Source: Psammoneis japonica
Lineage: Eukaryota
Assembly: GCA_008632985.1 (NCBI GenBank)
Contig: QPGO01000021.1
Location: forward strand, 1-64,000
Length of the DNA: 64,000 bases
Direction of reading: 5' to 3'
Position numbers and translations under genes: made by a program
Part shown: one piece after another, positions 51,119 to 62,720 of the stretch
How the letters are laid out: each line of letters starts with the position of its first letter
Numbering within the stretch: position 1 is the first letter of the stretch
The notes under the pieces: generated by a model
The model's input: the letters and a program-made list of their open reading frames with translations, nothing else
Databases searched by the model: none
Told to the model about the DNA's origin: nothing

Positions 51119-51387
51119 CCCACCTTGTGCAGTGCAACAAGGCAAATGACCCACATTTGACCGTTGGGTCATGCAAACCGTTTGAGTTCAAATTTGAACG
51201 TGCTTGCGCGAACTTGGCGAGCAAACAACGGTTTTTTCTGCTCTTTTCTCGTTTGCTTCACTCATTCTTCCGAAGAGCAACAAAGAGCAAGAAGCCGCTA
51301 GACAGTTTTTAACGCTGTCGACGCGGCGCAGGATGCCTCCGCTGTGGCTCCCTGTTGTTCGCAGGAAGAACCTTTGGTGAGTCCATC

Positions 51388-53778
51388 ATGGACGTGCAAC
51401 AGCAGCAAAACGCAGGACAAGGGGCCCAGAATGCCCAAAATGCCAACGACCCTGCTCCACCGCAAAGAGGAGCTGCAGCAGCCGCCGCGGCAGCCCAAAA
51501 CGCTCCGCCACCTCCTCCTCCACAAGTCCTGGTGCCTCCGGTGGCACCGCAAGCAGCAGGAGCCGTCATGCCGCCACCGCCACCGGGTGCACAAGCCGCA
51601 CCGGTGGCGCCGCCGGTCATTGCGACGCACCGGGATTTTTACCTCACAGCCGCTAACGACCCACACCGGGGGGTGCACGACGAGTCGATGCTAGACTTCG
51701 CGGTTCCGGTTCAGGGACCTTCGAGATACAACCCCGGAGTGCTCCATGGGCGAGTTGCAGCGGCGTCAAGTCACGATCAGCCGATGGCCGTCATCGTGCA
51801 CTGCCGAGAGGACGGCGCAGCGGATGAAGGACAGATCCAAGTCCTGCACCGCGTCACCACTTATCCGACGACCGTGGTTGGACCTGCCGAACCTTGGGAC
51901 GGTGAGACGCACGCAATGGCGGGTGACCTAACCCGTGGACAGTTTGCCCTGGTCGAATTCGGGGGCGACTCATTCAACTTGGCACAGCAGGGGACTAGGG
52001 TGCCAACCCACGCCGCACTCCTGGAGCATGTCACCAACAATGCGGAAGGCCTGCATCCGCATCTGGCTGAGGATGCACCAAACTCGGAGGTCGTACGGAC
52101 ACGACATGCAATGCACGTGCCATTTGAGTTCGTGCCGCTCTTGTTGGCACACCCTTTGCATCCCAAACAAGCCCACCAGCGCGTGCACGGCGCCGCTGCG
52201 GCAGCTAACAAGGTGGCTGCCATCCGACCACTGCTCGACTTCTTGCGCGTCGCCTGCTGTGCCACTGCCAACAACCAAGTGGCATCTGTTGTGGCGCAAC
52301 CTTGGCCTGCAATGACACGTCCCCCCAACGAAGCCCTCATTCAATTTTTTGATGCCAAGGTGGAGCGGGACATCCCCGGGAGACTGGGTTGGGCACCACC
52401 CACCGCGCAGCACTTCCAGCCGGTTGCACAGGCCATTGAAGAGCTCACCACTGAACAACGACAACTCCGACTTGATGCTACCGCACGTCAACAAGCGGCT
52501 GCCCGGGGCAAGGTTCCCAATGAGTTCTGGGGACCTTTTGGTGTCACCAAGCTTGTGAATTGGTGCCACGCCCTCAACGAGACAGCACTGCCGCCTGTGT
52601 GGGCCGCCCTTGCCGCAGCGCCTAAGACAGGCCGCCTGGCAGTCGTCCAAAATGCAATTGACGAGCAACGCCAGGCAATGGCCGTTCATTTTGACGCACC
52701 AGTCACGGTTGGCCTTGTCACCAAGCTCGCACAGCTGGATTTTGCTGGTCACAATCAAGACGAGCCAACCCAAGGCATCACTCCATTCCAGTTTGGGATT
52801 GCTGCGCCAGACAGTGCCGAGCAGATCGCCTGTCGCAAGGCCATGTACATGCACATTCATGGCGGCGCTGCGGCCCCGTCCCTCCAAGACACGCAGATCC
52901 TGGAAGCACCAGACAAGGCGCTCGTGGCGACGACAATGCAAGAATCTACCCTAGACGCCCGACCCGTTCGCATTCAAGAATTGGTTCCACTCAAACCAAC
53001 ACTCACCGGCTGTCATGATGCTGCAGGTCACGGCGCAGGCGGCGTCCTCCTGCCAACCAGTGCCACAGCACCCAGAGCAGCCACTCTCCGTTTCGGCAAT
53101 TGCAGACGCTGTCAACAGAGAGATGCGGGTCCTGTAGTGTGGCGACTGCCCTTTCCCAAAAGTGTCAGCAGTCAACTCTCCACTTTCTCCAACCCGCGCG
53201 GTCCCATCACCAACACAGACCTGGAACTTGCCGGCAGTGTCATTCAGTCCTTCGGCGCCGCCGACTGTTTTGACATCCGTGAACGCACCAGTCTTTCACG
53301 CACCGACAATTCAGGCACCATGTGCTGGCAACGTAAAGGTGCCACCACTGCCGTCAAACCCGCCTCCCGGTTGCTTCGACACCAATCCTACCACCAACGC
53401 TACCATCGCTACTTGGGGTTGCATGACTGCCCACCTGGACACCTCAACACTGCCGCTGACGATGCCTCACAACTGCAGTCTTTGTCCAACCATGAATTTT
53501 TGCGTCACTTTAATTTGTGCCATCCGCAGAAACTCTCCTGGCGTCTCTGGATGCCTCCACCAGAACTGAGTTCATACGTGATCTCAATGCTGCTCAACAC
53601 GCAGTCCAGCATGGCGTTGCCTCTTCCAGAGCCTCCGCCGCCAACACCCATTGGGACAAATGGTGAGAGTTCTGCTCCTCTTTGGCCATCGACCCACTCC
53701 TCAAAGACATTGACGACCCTGTTGTCTTCCTCCAAGTCTTCTTGCACCGATGCCGCACAGGAGTCCTCGCGCCGCTGA
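51388..53778 (+). pseudogene. Gag-like region fused in frame to a DIRS-type RNase H domain (RT apparently deleted)
   Basis: Pro/Ala/Gln-rich gag-like N-terminus, then RNase H motifs HDAAGHGAGGV, ITNTDLELAG, RTDN and PGHLNTAADDAS. No RT YxDD-like motif between them. Confidence 0.75.
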
Positions 53779-54664
53779 AGATGCCATGCGTTCGGTTGGC
53801 CAAACGTTTGCTGCAATGGGGTCCCCGGATCCACGCCACACATCCCAAGGCACAATGGATTTCCGCCTCACCTGGCAAGTCCGTTTTTACAAGAAGCAGG
53901 ATCCACCCCCAGACCACGTAAAACCGGTCCCAATTGCAGTGCTGCAATGGATTATGACCGCCGCAGCCCTCAGCAATGCCCCGGGCACACAAGCCATTGC
54001 TGAAATGATTGTACTTGCCTTTTTCTTCCTGTTGCGGCCTGGCGAGTACACCGCAACACCATCAGACACCACCCCCTTTCGTCTCGCCGATGTCCGGCTT
54101 GTGTCTGGTGGTGCTCACCTTGATGCCATGCAAGTTCCACTTGCACACCTTGACACAGCAAACTTTGCCACTCTCACCTTTGCCACCCAGAAAAATGGAG
54201 TGTGAGGCAAAGTTCTAGGGCTTGGTCTTTCCGGTCACCCCCACCTGTGCCCGGTTCAAGCCCTCATCCGCCGTGTCCAACACTTGCGCACCCACGGTGC
54301 GCTCCCTGACACACCCCTTGGTGTTTGCTTTCAAAACAACACCTGGCGTCGTGTGTCCCCGGCTGACATCACCAGCATGCTGCGCAATGCTGTCACTGCT
54401 CTCGGTCCGGCTAATCTTGGCTTCACCACCCGAGATGTTGCCACTCGGTGTCTTCGTGCCGCCGGAGCAATGGCCCTCCTTTGTGCCCGCGTCGACACCG
54501 ATCTCATTCGGCTCTTGGGCCGCTGGCGATCCGACGAAATGTTGCGACACCTGCACTTGCAAGCAGAACCAGTCATGCGCAACTTCGCTCGCGACATGCT
54601 CGCCGGTGGCGACTTCGTCCTCCACCCCAATGCTGACGTCCCTCAAAATCCTCAAGACGCCTGA
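53580..54664 (+). pseudogene. Tyrosine recombinase of the retroelement, inactivated
   Basis: FFFLLRPGEY (Arg I), TQKNG, RCLRAAGA and GRWRSDEMLRHL with the expected catalytic Tyr as His (CAC 54548-54550). In-frame TGA at 54203 and a frameshift near 53775. Confidence 0.85.
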
Positions 54665-54691
54665 TCACCACAGCCCTCCAGCCTCAACCCA

Positions 54692-55230
54692 CCCACCCTC
54701 CCAAAAGTGCACGGCACTGTGGGTGGCGCTGGAAGGCCCTGCCATTCCAGCTTGGGATTTTGGGAATGAGGCTTGCGCATCCGCTAGCAAAGCCATTCCA
54801 GTCCATCATTAGAAGATCTCTAGATGGCACTAGAGAGCCGCAGGAGAAGGAACAAGACGGGCGGCGTGAGCCGCCCACCTTGTGCAGTGCGACGAGGCAA
54901 ATGACCCACATTTGACAGTTGGGTCATACAAACCGTTTGAATTCAAATTTGAACGTGCTTGCGCGAACTTGGCGAGCAAATGACGGTTTTTTCTGCTCTT
55001 TTCTCGTTTGCTTCACTCATTCTTCCGAAGAGCAACAAAGAGCAAGAAGCCGCCAGACAGTTTTTGATGCTCCCACCTCTCCCGCCCTCTGGCCCTGCCG
55101 TTCCAGCTTGGGTTTTTGGGAATGAGGCTTGCGCATCCGCTAGTAAAGCCATTCCAGTCCATCATTAGAAGATCTCTAGATAGCACTAGAGAGCCGCAGG
55201 AGAAGGAACAAGACGGGCGGCGTGAGCCGC
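54692..55230 (+). repeat. 3' B1-A2-B2 split direct repeat block
   Basis: The 140-bp B cores differ at 4 sites; A2 matches A1 over about 197 bp. Confidence 0.9.
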
Positions 55231-55736
55231 GACGTCTACGGTGTATGTATCTCGAAATCGGCGAGTTTAGTCGTAGGAATCATGGAGAGGCTGCCTTTAC
55301 ACGACCGGCCGCCGCGCTGTTGAAATTTGGATCACTTTTTAAAAATAGGCCACACAATCGTATTTGAATAAATGATATCTTGTGCGGTAACGGATTCTAG
55401 ATCACGTAAAATTCATATGTGTTTAATCAGAATTTAATATAAATTGATACTTATCGATACCTTCTTTAAATTAAAACATATTCATATATGAAAAGTAATA
55501 TTTATCGTCTAATAACGGATTGTAAATCCCGTATAATTGTGTTATACATATTAGGTACCATATAAGAAGATACAATTCCCACGTGAATTTTGGAAATCAT
55601 GAATCTGCGAGCGAAGAGCGAGCGAAGGCACCAGCGAGCAGTGTGCGTGCACACTCACAACGGTATTTTGGGGGGAGACGAGTTGTACGGTAAGAGGGGT
55701 TTGTAAGAGGACTACATACAACATTGATTAGGCAAG

Positions 55737-58700
55737 ATGAGACGCATCTGCTGCCGATCATCAAACGATGAAGGCTTGAAGAATCATCATTCGGAGAGAA
55801 GATCTTGTCTCCAAAAGTGGGACTTTTACACCGAGCGCTACTTTAAGCGACCCATTCTCAAAGGACTTATCTGGTTAGCAAGTGAAGCAGCACGTTGTCC
55901 CGGCTTGACAATCGCCATCTCGATTACCGTGGCCGTCACTGTTGTCTGTGCTGGGTTTGCTACAAACTTTAGGGTGGAAACGAATCGTGATGTTCTCTGG
56001 ACGCCGATAAATTCCTACTCCGAGAAGCACTGGCAGTGGCTGAATTCGGATGATGCAGGCTTTCCCGCCCCAGACCGGTATGTTGATTCGATGGTACACA
56101 TGTCGGGAAAAAACGTCCTTACAAGACAAGGTGTCGATTGCCTCTTTGACGTCTTGGAAGTGTTGCAAAGTTCAGCGGGTTACGAAGACGCTTGTTCCCG
56201 GTCAGAAAACGGAGAGTGTCGAATATTCTCAGCCACAGCCTTCTTCAATCATGATCGAGCTCAAATGGAAGCCCTTTTGGCTGAAGACACGGATGATGAT
56301 TTGACGCTAAGGCGCCTAATGTCAGCTTTAGAGTACCCAAACGAGGAGCCGGTGTTTCGAGACATTGTCTTCGGAACATCTCTGCCAGAGCTACCAAAGA
56401 ATACTTCTTCTGCTTCGCAAGAAGATCTGCTCTTGACCAGCGCAAAGGCTCTCATGGTTCGAATCGCCGAACCTCAAGCGGATATAACCAATGCGGGTGA
56501 GTTTGAGCTTGAATCCATGAAGAATCTAGACCGCGTCAACGACCGCTGGAAGAGGGCTGGGTCGGAGTGTGCCGTCAGCTTTACAACGAAACGATCCGTG
56601 GACGATGAAATGCAACGTGGGATCAAGAAGGACATACCGTACATGGCGCTGGCCTTTATCATTATGGGCTGCTTTTGTGGTCTCTACTTGTCCAACTTTA
56701 GAGACCTTGTGAAAAGCCAGAGCCTTGTGGGCTTGGGCGCCGTGGTAACCATTCTCGTATCCGTCGGAACCGGATACGGGCTACTGTTTCTTATTGGTGT
56801 CCCGTTCACCAACATGACCCAAGCTTTTCCGTATGTGATGGTGGGGATTGGGCTGGATGATACATTCATCCTTACAGGCGCGTTTCATCGATCGGATTCT
56901 TCCAAACCCTTTGTTGATCGTGTGGTTGAAGTTATGAAGGAAGTCGGTGTCAGTATTACAGCGTCTACCCTGACTACCGTGACAGCCTTTTCTCTCGGGT
57001 GCACGTCAAGCATTCCAGCCATTCGCTGGTTCAGTTATTACGCCGCCCCGACCGTGGCCATTGATTTCATCTACCAGATTACCTTTTTCATTGCGATTTT
57101 GGCATACGATGATCGAAGACAGAAAGCCGGTCGCTACGATGTTCTTATCTGTGTCAAGGCCAAGAACAAGTCTCCCGAGCACGAGTCGCAGAGTGCTCCA
57201 GTAGTCCACCAAGAGAACAAGCCAAACTTCATCACCAGGCTAATGGCATGGTACTCTGGAATTCTTCTCAAGCCCATCTCGAAGGTTGTCGTGCTCCTTG
57301 TGTTTTCGGCAATGTTGGCTCTCGGAATACTCGGTGCCATAAATCAGAGGCAAGAATTTGATTTCCGAGAGCTCGTTCCTGCGGACTCTTATCTGAGAAC
57401 CCACTTTACGAATCTCGATGCCTACACGCTGCCCGAGACGGTTTCTCAGTTTCCCATCGGCGTGTATTTTCGTGGCGTTGACCAAGGATCAGAAGAAGTT
57501 CAGCAACAGATGCTTGACTTTGTAGATGATCTGGTGGCGCTCCCGTACATATCCAACCCACCGGAACTCTTCTGGTTGCGAGATGCCAAGAGATTGCAAC
57601 AGGAGGTAGCCTTTGCGAACTACACATTTGAAGAAGGGGTTGATCTTTTATTGAATATTGAACCCGCCAAGACACTCTACGGTCCTCAGATCGTGCGTGA
57701 TGAGTTCGGCAACGTCACCGCATCACGAACCTATGTAAGGTTCGATAAGTCATCCTTGTTCGATGTGAAGAACCAGATTAATTCGCTAGAGGCGGCACGT
57801 GAGGTATCACGATCACATCCTGTAAATCAGGGAAGTGATGATTGGAAATTCTTTGCTTTTGGCGAATTGTTTATGGTATGGGAGACGTATTCTGTGTTGG
57901 TCGAAGAGATCATGTTCACTGTTGCGCTTGGGCTGGTTTCGGTGTTTTCAATCTCTTTACTTTTTATCCCTCACCCAATCGGCGCGCTTCTATTGACTCC
58001 CGTTGTCGGAGCCATCTACATTGAAGTCATGGCGGTACTGTACGCCGCTGGGATTTATATCAATGGTATTTCAACAATTGGACTGATTATGAGTGTTGGT
58101 CTTGTTGTTGACTACAATATGCATGTCGTGCTCACCTACTACGAAATCAAGGATGCCACGACTCGCAACGATCGTGTTTACAAGTGCCTTACTACAATGG
58201 GTACATCGATCCTCTTGGGAGGCTTCACGACGTTCATCGGTGTCCTTCCTCTTCTCCTTACCCAGTCGGAAATCGCAAGAACTTTCTTCTTCACTTTTTT
58301 GGCAATTCCTTTGCTGGGTGTGGCTCACGGACTGATGTTGGTACCGGTCATTTTGTCATTGTTTGGTCCTGTTGGTCAACCGGAGAATACGCTTGCAGGT
58401 TATGACGACGAGAAGGATGTCTCCACTGACGAGCACTCAACCGATGCGGAAATCTCAGGAAATTCATCGATATCAGACGGCTCGGAATCATCCGTACAAG
58501 CCTACGATTTTTCTTCGGTGACGGACATCGAAGTTGAAACGGACATTAACGGAAGCGTCACAGTTTTCCATTCCAGACAGAGTCGAAACAAGGGAGCCCC
58601 CCAGGTTCGAGCTATTGTTGACACTGAAGTGCTCAGCCAACGATCATATCCTGTTGTCCATAATTCTTCTTACGACTTTTCTTCCATAGAGCTGCCAATG

Positions 58701-58790
58701 GAAGGAGACGGAAGCGTTGCGGTTGTTCATACCGGCACTGGGAAGAAGCAGCCTTCCTTTCCCCGAAATTCTACCCTGTCAGAGTTTTGA
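55737..58790 (+). CDS. Patched/NPC1-family (RND, sterol-sensing domain) membrane protein
   Basis: 1017 aa ORF with 1+5+1+5 TM layout, GIGLDDTF and GLVVDYNMH GxxxD motifs, and two large luminal loops with several N-x-S/T sites. Confidence 0.92.
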   Translation: MRRICCRSSNDEGLKNHHSERRSCLQKWDFYTERYFKRPILKGLIWLASEAARCPGLTIAISITVAVTVVCAGFATNFRVETNRDVLWTPINSYSEKHWQWLNSDDAGFPAPDRYVDSMVHMSGKNVLTRQGVDCLFDVLEVLQSSAGYEDACSRSENGECRIFSATAFFNHDRAQMEALLAEDTDDDLTLRRLMSALEYPNEEPVFRDIVFGTSLPELPKNTSSASQEDLLLTSAKALMVRIAEPQADITNAGEFELESMKNLDRVNDRWKRAGSECAVSFTTKRSVDDEMQRGIKKDIPYMALAFIIMGCFCGLYLSNFRDLVKSQSLVGLGAVVTILVSVGTGYGLLFLIGVPFTNMTQAFPYVMVGIGLDDTFILTGAFHRSDSSKPFVDRVVEVMKEVGVSITASTLTTVTAFSLGCTSSIPAIRWFSYYAAPTVAIDFIYQITFFIAILAYDDRRQKAGRYDVLICVKAKNKSPEHESQSAPVVHQENKPNFITRLMAWYSGILLKPISKVVVLLVFSAMLALGILGAINQRQEFDFRELVPADSYLRTHFTNLDAYTLPETVSQFPIGVYFRGVDQGSEEVQQQMLDFVDDLVALPYISNPPELFWLRDAKRLQQEVAFANYTFEEGVDLLLNIEPAKTLYGPQIVRDEFGNVTASRTYVRFDKSSLFDVKNQINSLEAAREVSRSHPVNQGSDDWKFFAFGELFMVWETYSVLVEEIMFTVALGLVSVFSISLLFIPHPIGALLLTPVVGAIYIEVMAVLYAAGIYINGISTIGLIMSVGLVVDYNMHVVLTYYEIKDATTRNDRVYKCLTTMGTSILLGGFTTFIGVLPLLLTQSEIARTFFFTFLAIPLLGVAHGLMLVPVILSLFGPVGQPENTLAGYDDEKDVSTDEHSTDAEISGNSSISDGSESSVQAYDFSSVTDIEVETDINGSVTVFHSRQSRNKGAPQVRAIVDTEVLSQRSYPVVHNSSYDFSSIELPMEGDGSVAVVHTGTGKKQPSFPRNSTLSEF

Positions 58791-59176
58791 TTCGTTTACC
58801 GTGGGTTTATTGTAACGTAGGTTCTGCTCTGTCTTTTTTGCACGTTTTAAAACAAGAACCTACAGGTTTGTGGGCAGTAGTACTCTGAAAGAATAAGTTG
58901 AGATGGGGAAGGACATAGCGTCTTTGCTGTTTCTGTGGAACAGGAGGCGGGCCTTCACGACCAAGAGAAGATTGCGTTAGACAAAAATGTAACCAAATAA
59001 GCATTGAATATATCTATTTCGCCAGTGTTGGTGCCCTGTGCTACTTCACTTCGCGTTTTCCCCTGAAAGTCGTTGTCAGGACAAGGGATTAGAGCCTCTT
59101 TCGGATTCTCTGCTAACTCCGTTAAAGCTACCTAGTGCTAGAAAGAATGCATCCAATTCTAAAATAGTTTCCCCCC

Positions 59177-61834
59177 TTAAACTCCTACCGACACCGTCGC
59201 GCTCCCACTAAACGTGAACGAATCATACCAGGAGATCCACTTCTTGACATTGCCAGCGTCGAGTCTGTCTGTAGAGTCGTCGACTTTGTTTGGCCGCTCA
59301 GCCTCACAAACAAGCACGTCGTCACGTTGGTCCTCATATTCCACTTCCTCGCTGCGTTTCTCAAAACTAGTACATGGCTCAAATGGTTTCTTCAGTGAAG
59401 ATGACTCTTCTTTCTCATTGACTACATCGGATTTTTTGTCGTGATTCACATGGACATCCCAATGTCTCTCTTCGACTCGCGCATGTTCCTCGGGTACGTT
59501 GTACTGTCCATTGGCTTCTTTGCCTTGTCCTTCGATTTTTTGGGCTTCCGAGTCGAAACCACGACAAGAAGGATATACCGTTAGTAATCCATTGCTCTCC
59601 ATGGTTGAGGCTTCACCGCGTATAACGTGTCCCTTACCGTCGTCCGATTGGCTTTCTTTGCTGTCCACTTCTTTGTCATTGACGGCGATATTCGTGTGTT
59701 CTACCGAAGACGAAAACGATGACTCCCACTCGTTGAGGCTGATTTCTTGTTCTTCTGAATGTTGATACTGGGCTGTGATCTTTTCAGGTGCCTGTGAAGA
59801 AGGAGAAGGCGTGCACGGCTCCACCCATCTACATTCACCCTTAACATTTGCACGTTCATAGCTTTTAGCTTGACCCGAATTCTGTTTTCCTTCACTGCGC
59901 AATTGATGGCCTGGATGATCCACCTCATTTTCAAGATCACTGTTACCAACCTGAGTGGCCCTGCAAGAAGTTGTGGGAGATGTTACGTTCGCAGCATTTG
60001 TTTCCGTTGTATCTGAGTCAGCTATGCGTTGACAATAAGCCGCAACTGCGCTAAGTTGCTCTTGTAGTTTTGTTGAGTTTCTTGAGTCTTCGAATTCCGT
60101 AACCTTATCAACCAGTAAGGCGAGATCGTTCAGCTCAACGACTATTTGCAAGCACTGGCGCGCAACTTCGTTTCTCTGTGCTCGATACATTTCTCCCCTT
60201 TCTTGCATCTTTCGAGCAAGCATAGTTTTATCATGAAGAGCGTCCTGAAACAAATCAAGCGTGGAAGAATTTTTCAGTCCCTTTTGAGATGGTGCATCCC
60301 GATTCGTTGTAGAATTGTCTAGTTGAGCACCGATCAACTCTTTGCTCTTAATATCCGTAGAGTAAACCATGTTGCCAATGGAATGTCGACGCCTAAGCTT
60401 AGTATGACGACCTTTCGTCTGAAGGACAGCACTTCCGCGGTGATGAACGAGAACTTGCTTGGGTTTTCCGGCGGCTGCTTCTTTTTGCCCGTACATGTCC
60501 ATGAGCCTAGCACACTGTCGTTGAGAAGCTGCAAGCTTTAACTGCAGTTGCCTAATAAGTACTTTGTCATCAATGATCTCGTTCACCTGAGCATTGGTTT
60601 TGATTCGTTTTGCGCGTGAAGCGAACTGGAGGGTGGATCTAGACTCCTCGACAAAATCTTCGCACGGAGTTATGCAGCAAATTACTGCAAGCCGAGCCTT
60701 TCCCAAAAGAGAAGACTTAAGAATAAATGTAAGTTTCGAATCTCGAAAGCTTATGTGAGGTGGATTGGGCTTTCCAAGAGCGTCAATAACACGCGACAAC
60801 GTTGTCAAGCTGTAAAGAAAGGTGAACATCGGAATGAAGTTAGGCCGACAGTACAGACCCCGCTTCGTCAGACGTACAGAGTCTCACCTTCTATTAATGT
60901 TCCCACCCTCGCTTTTCCTTGTTCCAATAGCTCGCGTTAAGCGTGCGCTTTCTGACCCTGCTAGATCAACCAGATTTAAGGTCGACTGAATGGTCGGCAC
61001 ATCTCCTTCGTAGGTCTCGAGAGAATTTTGACGACTCTCAATCGTAATCCGAAAGACTGCATGGGATCGAGATGAGTACTCATTCATTTTGGTAGATCTG
61101 GTGGTACGCTTTGTTTGTCCGTCGGAGAGTACTCTTAGTACGGAGTCAACGTTGCGAACAATCTTTTCCGTGGCGCTGACGAGATCTACAGTCCCCTTCT
61201 TCGGGTTTTCTCTGACTTGAATGGGTCTGCTCCCCCCAAGTAAATCTAGCACCTCCTCATTATACACTTCAAAAAAAGAAGCAGATATAAGAAATGATCT
61301 TTCGGGATGGTCGTCAATGTGATCGAATATAGCTTGAGCTGCCATATGAACTATGCCAGAATTCTTGTTTTGGTCGCCCTGCATGGTGAAGGTTTTTCCA
61401 CTCGATGTCTGACCATAGGCAAATATTGTGCCGTGCATACCCCTCAAAGAATCCATTACTATGCTTTTTGCGACTTCATCATATACCTGCCTCGTAGTGG
61501 CATTCTCGTTGAAGATCTTGTCAAAGGTGAAAGCGTTGCGACCGACAACTCTTTTCTTCAAAGGCCGTCCGTCACTCGATGCTTGCTCAATTGAATTTGC
61601 CACTTCCGGAGAAACACGCCACGCCCTACCTTCGCTTATAGCTTTTGAAGCTCCTTGTGTATCTTCAACCACGCTGAGCGGTCTGCATCGTACCGCAACT
61701 GAATTTCAACATTATATTTTGCAGCGTCAAGTATGTAAGTAGACAGCGTCGTCATTTCAACAGGACTGCGTCAATTTCGTACCTTTGACGTTCCCAAGAT
61801 CTTCTTCAATATCATTATAGAGCTTCTGATTCAT
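59177..61834 (-). CDS. Kinesin motor protein, kinesin-7/CENP-E-like; 3 exons
   Basis: Exons 61834-61783, 61698-60888 and 60809-59177. Splicing restores NVKVAVRCRPL and INRSLTTLSRVI. Motifs GQTSSGKT, SSRSH, DLAGSE and FRDSKLT. Confidence 0.9.
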
Positions 61835-62224
61835 TGTTCGTGATTATTTTGCTTTGATGCCTTGTCGCAATGCACCTTGCTTCACTCCTTCCTTGATCCG
61901 TTTTGTTGAGATTTGTGAGGGCCGAAGGCCGAAGGGCGACACAACGCAACGTGACAATGATTGATATAAAGAATTGTAGTCTTCAATAGATGCGTTGACG
62001 AGTAAATAAACATTATGCCACGATGCTTAATAACACGAAAGACAACGCATCAATTATGGAAATAAAGGCGAATCAAAACTACTGTATGCTGGTAAGCATT
62101 GTAAAAAGTAAATAGAAGTATGAAATGGAATTATAAGAGCATGCCAGTAGTTAAAAATTTACATACTAAATTTAAATTTATAAATATATGCGCATAGTTT
62201 TATTTACATAAAAGACTTAGTGAG

Positions 62225-62450
62225 GAGAGAGAGCTCTATCTCTACCGGTACTCTCTATTTTCATCAACTTCGAGGTAGCAGTAGAGAGGACCAACTAGTA
62301 GCTAGCTACTCATAGCTACTAGAGTAGCTCTAGAGCTAGCTACCTACTATAGTCTACTCTCTAGTAGAGAGTAGTACTAGAGAGTAGAGAAGCTGTAGCT
62401 CTTGAGCTAAGTACGGTAGTACGTAGAAGTAGGTAAGCTCCTCACTCTCT
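62225..62450. repeat. CTAG/TAG/CTA-rich low-complexity tract
   Basis: ctagtagctagctactcatagctactagagtagctctagagctagctacctactatagtctactctctagtagagagtagtactagag. Confidence 0.8.
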
Positions 62451-62720
62451 AATTCTTGGTGGGAAAGCTACATGCTGGTAGATGGACGAGGGGGGTTGGG
62501 TGCGCGTACTTGGGTTGGCCGCTTAAGTGGCAGAAGAGAGAGAGAGAGAGTGCTGCACTTTAGAGATAATAACCAACACTACGTTTGCACGACAACGCAC
62601 AAAAAGGCTCAAGAACATAGACAAAGTGGTCAATCTCTCCCTAAACTCTCTAGAGCCTTTCGTCTTTTCAAGTGGTGATATTTGGTTTTTACTGCTCTTG
62701 AAATGATTGAGACGCCATTC

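Larger units (their letters stand above)
51119..55230 (+). mobile_element. Tyrosine-recombinase (DIRS-order, Ngaro/PAT-like) retrotransposon with split direct repeats A1-ORFs-B1-A2-B2; internally deleted and non-functional
   Basis: A1 51119-51316 matches A2 54874-55071. B cores 54735-54874 and 55091-55230 match. Contains gag-like, RNase H and YR coding remnants; no RT motifs seen. Confidence 0.9.

Noticed and set aside
51114..51154. 10-bp direct repeat aatgacccac spanning the left junction of the YR element
   Set aside because: It is not repeated at the right end, so it is not a TSD, and it is too short to support a target-site model from one copy.
54692..55230. Repeats as conventional LTRs or a CRISPR array
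   Set aside because: The order A..B-A-B with YR and RNase H fits split direct repeats. There are no TG..CA LTR ends and no repeat-spacer periodicity.
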